Assembly (NCBI RefSeq): GCF_000015145.1
Contig: NC_008818.1
Coordinates: 1,635,164 to 1,667,163 of the forward strand
Length of the DNA: 32,000 bases
Source of the DNA: Hyperthermus butylicus DSM 5456
GTDB lineage: Archaea; Thermoproteota; Thermoprotei_A; Sulfolobales; Pyrodictiaceae
Reading direction: 5' to 3'
Shown: one piece after another, positions 30,351 to 32,000 of the stretch
How the letters are laid out: each line of letters begins with the position of its first letter
Position numbering within the stretch: the stretch's first letter is position 1
The notes under the pieces: generated by a model
What the model saw: the letters and a program-made list of their open reading frames with translations, nothing else
What the model was told of the DNA's origin: nothing
Databases searched by the model: none
Made by a program: the position numbers and the translations under genes

Positions 30351-31394
30351 TTGCTTGGGCCCCCAATTGTATCGATCATCGTGAGCTTGCGCCGCCCCGC
30401 GCCGGGTTCCTCCCGGGCAGGCGGCGCCGTGTTTGCTGGTTTGCTTCCCTCTACGGAATATAAGGCTTTCGTGTATCTTGGCTTGAATCTTTGGGCTGTA
30501 GTATTAGCCTTTCTCTTGGGGGTGTTACTCGCACACCCCGGGTTTGAATGGCTGGCTGCCTGTGTATTAGTGTCTTTTGCCTCCCTGGGGAGGGTTTGCC
30601 CTGGATGGCTGGTTCGGGTGTTGGGGTTGCCTGGGGCCGTGCTATATGCTATGGGGAGTCCGTTTCGCCGGCTGCCACGTGTAGAGTACGTGTATGGTGC
30701 TGCTAGTGGTGAGGGCTTGGATCCCGTTGCCGCATTGCTTGATGATAATGTGTTTGATAATATTGGGTTGGTGTTCGTGGCTGACATCTATTCTGTGTGG
30801 CCAGAGGTTGGCGTGTTCCCCCGGGCTACGGGTTATAGTGAGGTTGTTTCGGGGCTTGAGGGCTTCATGTCTAGGAGGTGTGGCATCCGTCTCTCTCCCC
30901 GACTCTGCCGGCGTATCGTGTACCGTGTTGTCCCGTGGCGTGGTGTTATGGGTGGTTGGAGGTTTACTGGCGGGCCCGGCGATGCCTTGGCCTACATGGT
31001 TTACGGTGCTGCGTCACTGGTTTCTAGTAGGCGTGTTGACCGTGTCTATGTCGTGCTCGGGGAGGATGAGCCTTCTGGGCTTGCATGGCTTGCTGTTTAC
31101 GCTGGGCTTGTTGCTGCTGCGGCGGCTGGCGCTAGCCTCTCCATAGTAGCAGCTGAGCCTAGGCCGTTCCCGGCTAAGGGTGGTAGGGACAGGATTGAGC
31201 TTACCGAGGTCGAGTCTTATGGCTGGGAGACTGTTGTCCGGCTACTCATTGAGCGTGCAGCTGGCGTTGCGTCTGGGAGGCTGCTTGTGCCCCGCACTCC
31301 TAGGGTGGCAGGTACGGTTTCCGTGCTGGAGACTGGTTCCGCTATAGTCTTGCATCGCTGGGCTTCGCCTCTAGGGGATACGTGGTCCCCTTAA
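30351..31394 (+). CDS. Hypothetical protein with N-terminal membrane segment (true start likely at or downstream of 30471)
   Basis: Long ORF with hydrophobic stretches LWAVVLAFLLGVLLAHPGF and GLAWLAVYAGLVAAAAAGASLSIVAAE. The first ~40 codons overlap the rRNA leader/promoter, so the start is over-extended. Confidence 0.65.
   Translation: MLGPPIVSIIVSLRRPAPGSSRAGGAVFAGLLPSTEYKAFVYLGLNLWAVVLAFLLGVLLAHPGFEWLAACVLVSFASLGRVCPGWLVRVLGLPGAVLYAMGSPFRRLPRVEYVYGAASGEGLDPVAALLDDNVFDNIGLVFVADIYSVWPEVGVFPRATGYSEVVSGLEGFMSRRCGIRLSPRLCRRIVYRVVPWRGVMGGWRFTGGPGDALAYMVYGAASLVSSRRVDRVYVVLGEDEPSGLAWLAVYAGLVAAAAAGASLSIVAAEPRPFPAKGGRDRIELTEVESYGWETVVRLLIERAAGVASGRLLVPRTPRVAGTVSVLETGSAIVLHRWASPLGDTWSP
30456..30470 (-). 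promoter_or_regulatory. Putative rRNA operon promoter (BRE/TATA)
   Basis: Minus-strand GAAAGCCTTATATTC: purine-rich BRE-like element followed by a TATA-like element, about 250 nt upstream of the 16S 5' end, in an A/T-richer patch flanked by very GC-rich sequence. Confidence 0.55.
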
Positions 31395-31789
31395 TCTACA
31401 GCGCATGCAACGCTGGCGACCCCTTAGCTAAACTGTTTTCGGGTCTTGGAGAGGCTATCGAGGCTTACTCTGCTGCTAGCCAGCTGTCAAAGAAGCCTGT
31501 TGGTGGCACCCTAGTCCACCACCTCGGCTTCGAGCTGGGCGGGGTTGCTGGCTTCGCTGCCGGCGCCGCTGTCGAGGCTGCTGTGCTGCGCGTCACTGGC
31601 AACGTATGTGACCAGGTCTACAGCGACGGTGTTGACTCCTCTATTGTTGAGCGCGCTGCTAAGCTGCTAGGCTTCCCGGGCGATGCTACGCCCAGATCCT
31701 GCCTGGCGGCAAGTGCTGGCGGCGGGTTGAGGCTTATTGAGGGCTGCCTGCGCCGGCTCCGCGACTCAGTGCTAGGGGAGATCCGCTAG
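31382..31789 (+). CDS. Hypothetical protein
   Basis: 135-aa ORF overlapping the end of the upstream ORF by 13 nt, same strand. Confidence 0.6.
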   Translation: MVPLIYSACNAGDPLAKLFSGLGEAIEAYSAASQLSKKPVGGTLVHHLGFELGGVAGFAAGAAVEAAVLRVTGNVCDQVYSDGVDSSIVERAAKLLGFPGDATPRSCLAASAGGGLRLIEGCLRRLRDSVLGEIR

Positions 31790-31801
31790 GGGTCTCGGGT
31801 C

Positions 31802-32000
31802 TTGGCGGGGGGCAGGGTTTACCACTATGCCGCCCTGCTGACTACCACGTTGCTCTGGGGCTCATCGTTTACAGCGATAAAGATTGTTATGGGTATGGTT
31901 AACGAGTATCGTTACACGTGGCTTCGGGCTGTCATTGCCGCTGCTGGGCTCGCCCCTTACGTGGCCTATCTCGCTGCTAGGCGCGGCCCGGGGGCTGTAG
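31802..32000 (+). CDS. EamA/DMT-family transporter, N-terminal fragment (runs off the window; absent from the ORF track)
   Basis: Manual translation from TTG 31802: (M)AGGRVYHYAALLTTTLLWGSSFTAIKIVMGMVNEYRYTWLRAVIAAAGLAPYVAYLAARRGPGAV. The LLWGSSF start of TM1 and RxxxAA are typical of DMT permeases. Confidence 0.7.
   Translation, partial: MAGGRVYHYAALLTTTLLWGSSFTAIKIVMGMVNEYRYTWLRAVIAAAGLAPYVAYLAARRGPGAV

Overview
This 32 kb window comes from a crenarchaeon. Its gene content and order look like the Desulfurococcales/Pyrodictiaceae, but that placement is inference. About 20 kb on the minus strand is a dense block of information-processing genes: Clp1/Nol9-type kinase, Nop10, aIF2-alpha, S27e, L44e, PriS, PCNA, TFS, RpoL, DUF2067, Csl4, METTL5-like, Dph2, L10e, THUMP methyltransferase, TrmJ, HemK/Mtq2-like, KsgA/Dim1, DUF655, Rpb4, L21e, Pus10, SRP54 and aIF5A. 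CarS and a RecA-like ATPase sit on the plus strand near the left end. A tRNA-Asp(GTC) and a small accessory region follow, with a membrane protein, an ABC-transporter remnant, a roadblock-like protein, TauE/SafE, a nitrilase and a MazG-like protein. Next is a 16S-23S rRNA operon on the minus strand (16S about 28698-30207, 23S about 25455-28558), then two unknown plus-strand genes and the start of an EamA/DMT-like transporter. I did not find a convincing new multi-gene system. The best second-look items are: (1) canonical 3-4-3 bulge-helix-bulge motifs flanking both 16S and 23S, with the same bulges (AGA/UAG) in both; (2) a one-base frameshift in the NPPYG-type THUMP methyltransferase; (3) an in-frame stop that cuts a conserved-looking C-terminus off the METTL5-like gene; (4) an ABC ATPase ORF that breaks inside its Walker A; (5) a long overlap between the Clp1-like gene and its upstream neighbour; (6) several unassigned small ORFs inside the conserved block. 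Two edge-running CDSs missing from the ORF track are added. All ORFs called inside the rRNA genes are rejected.
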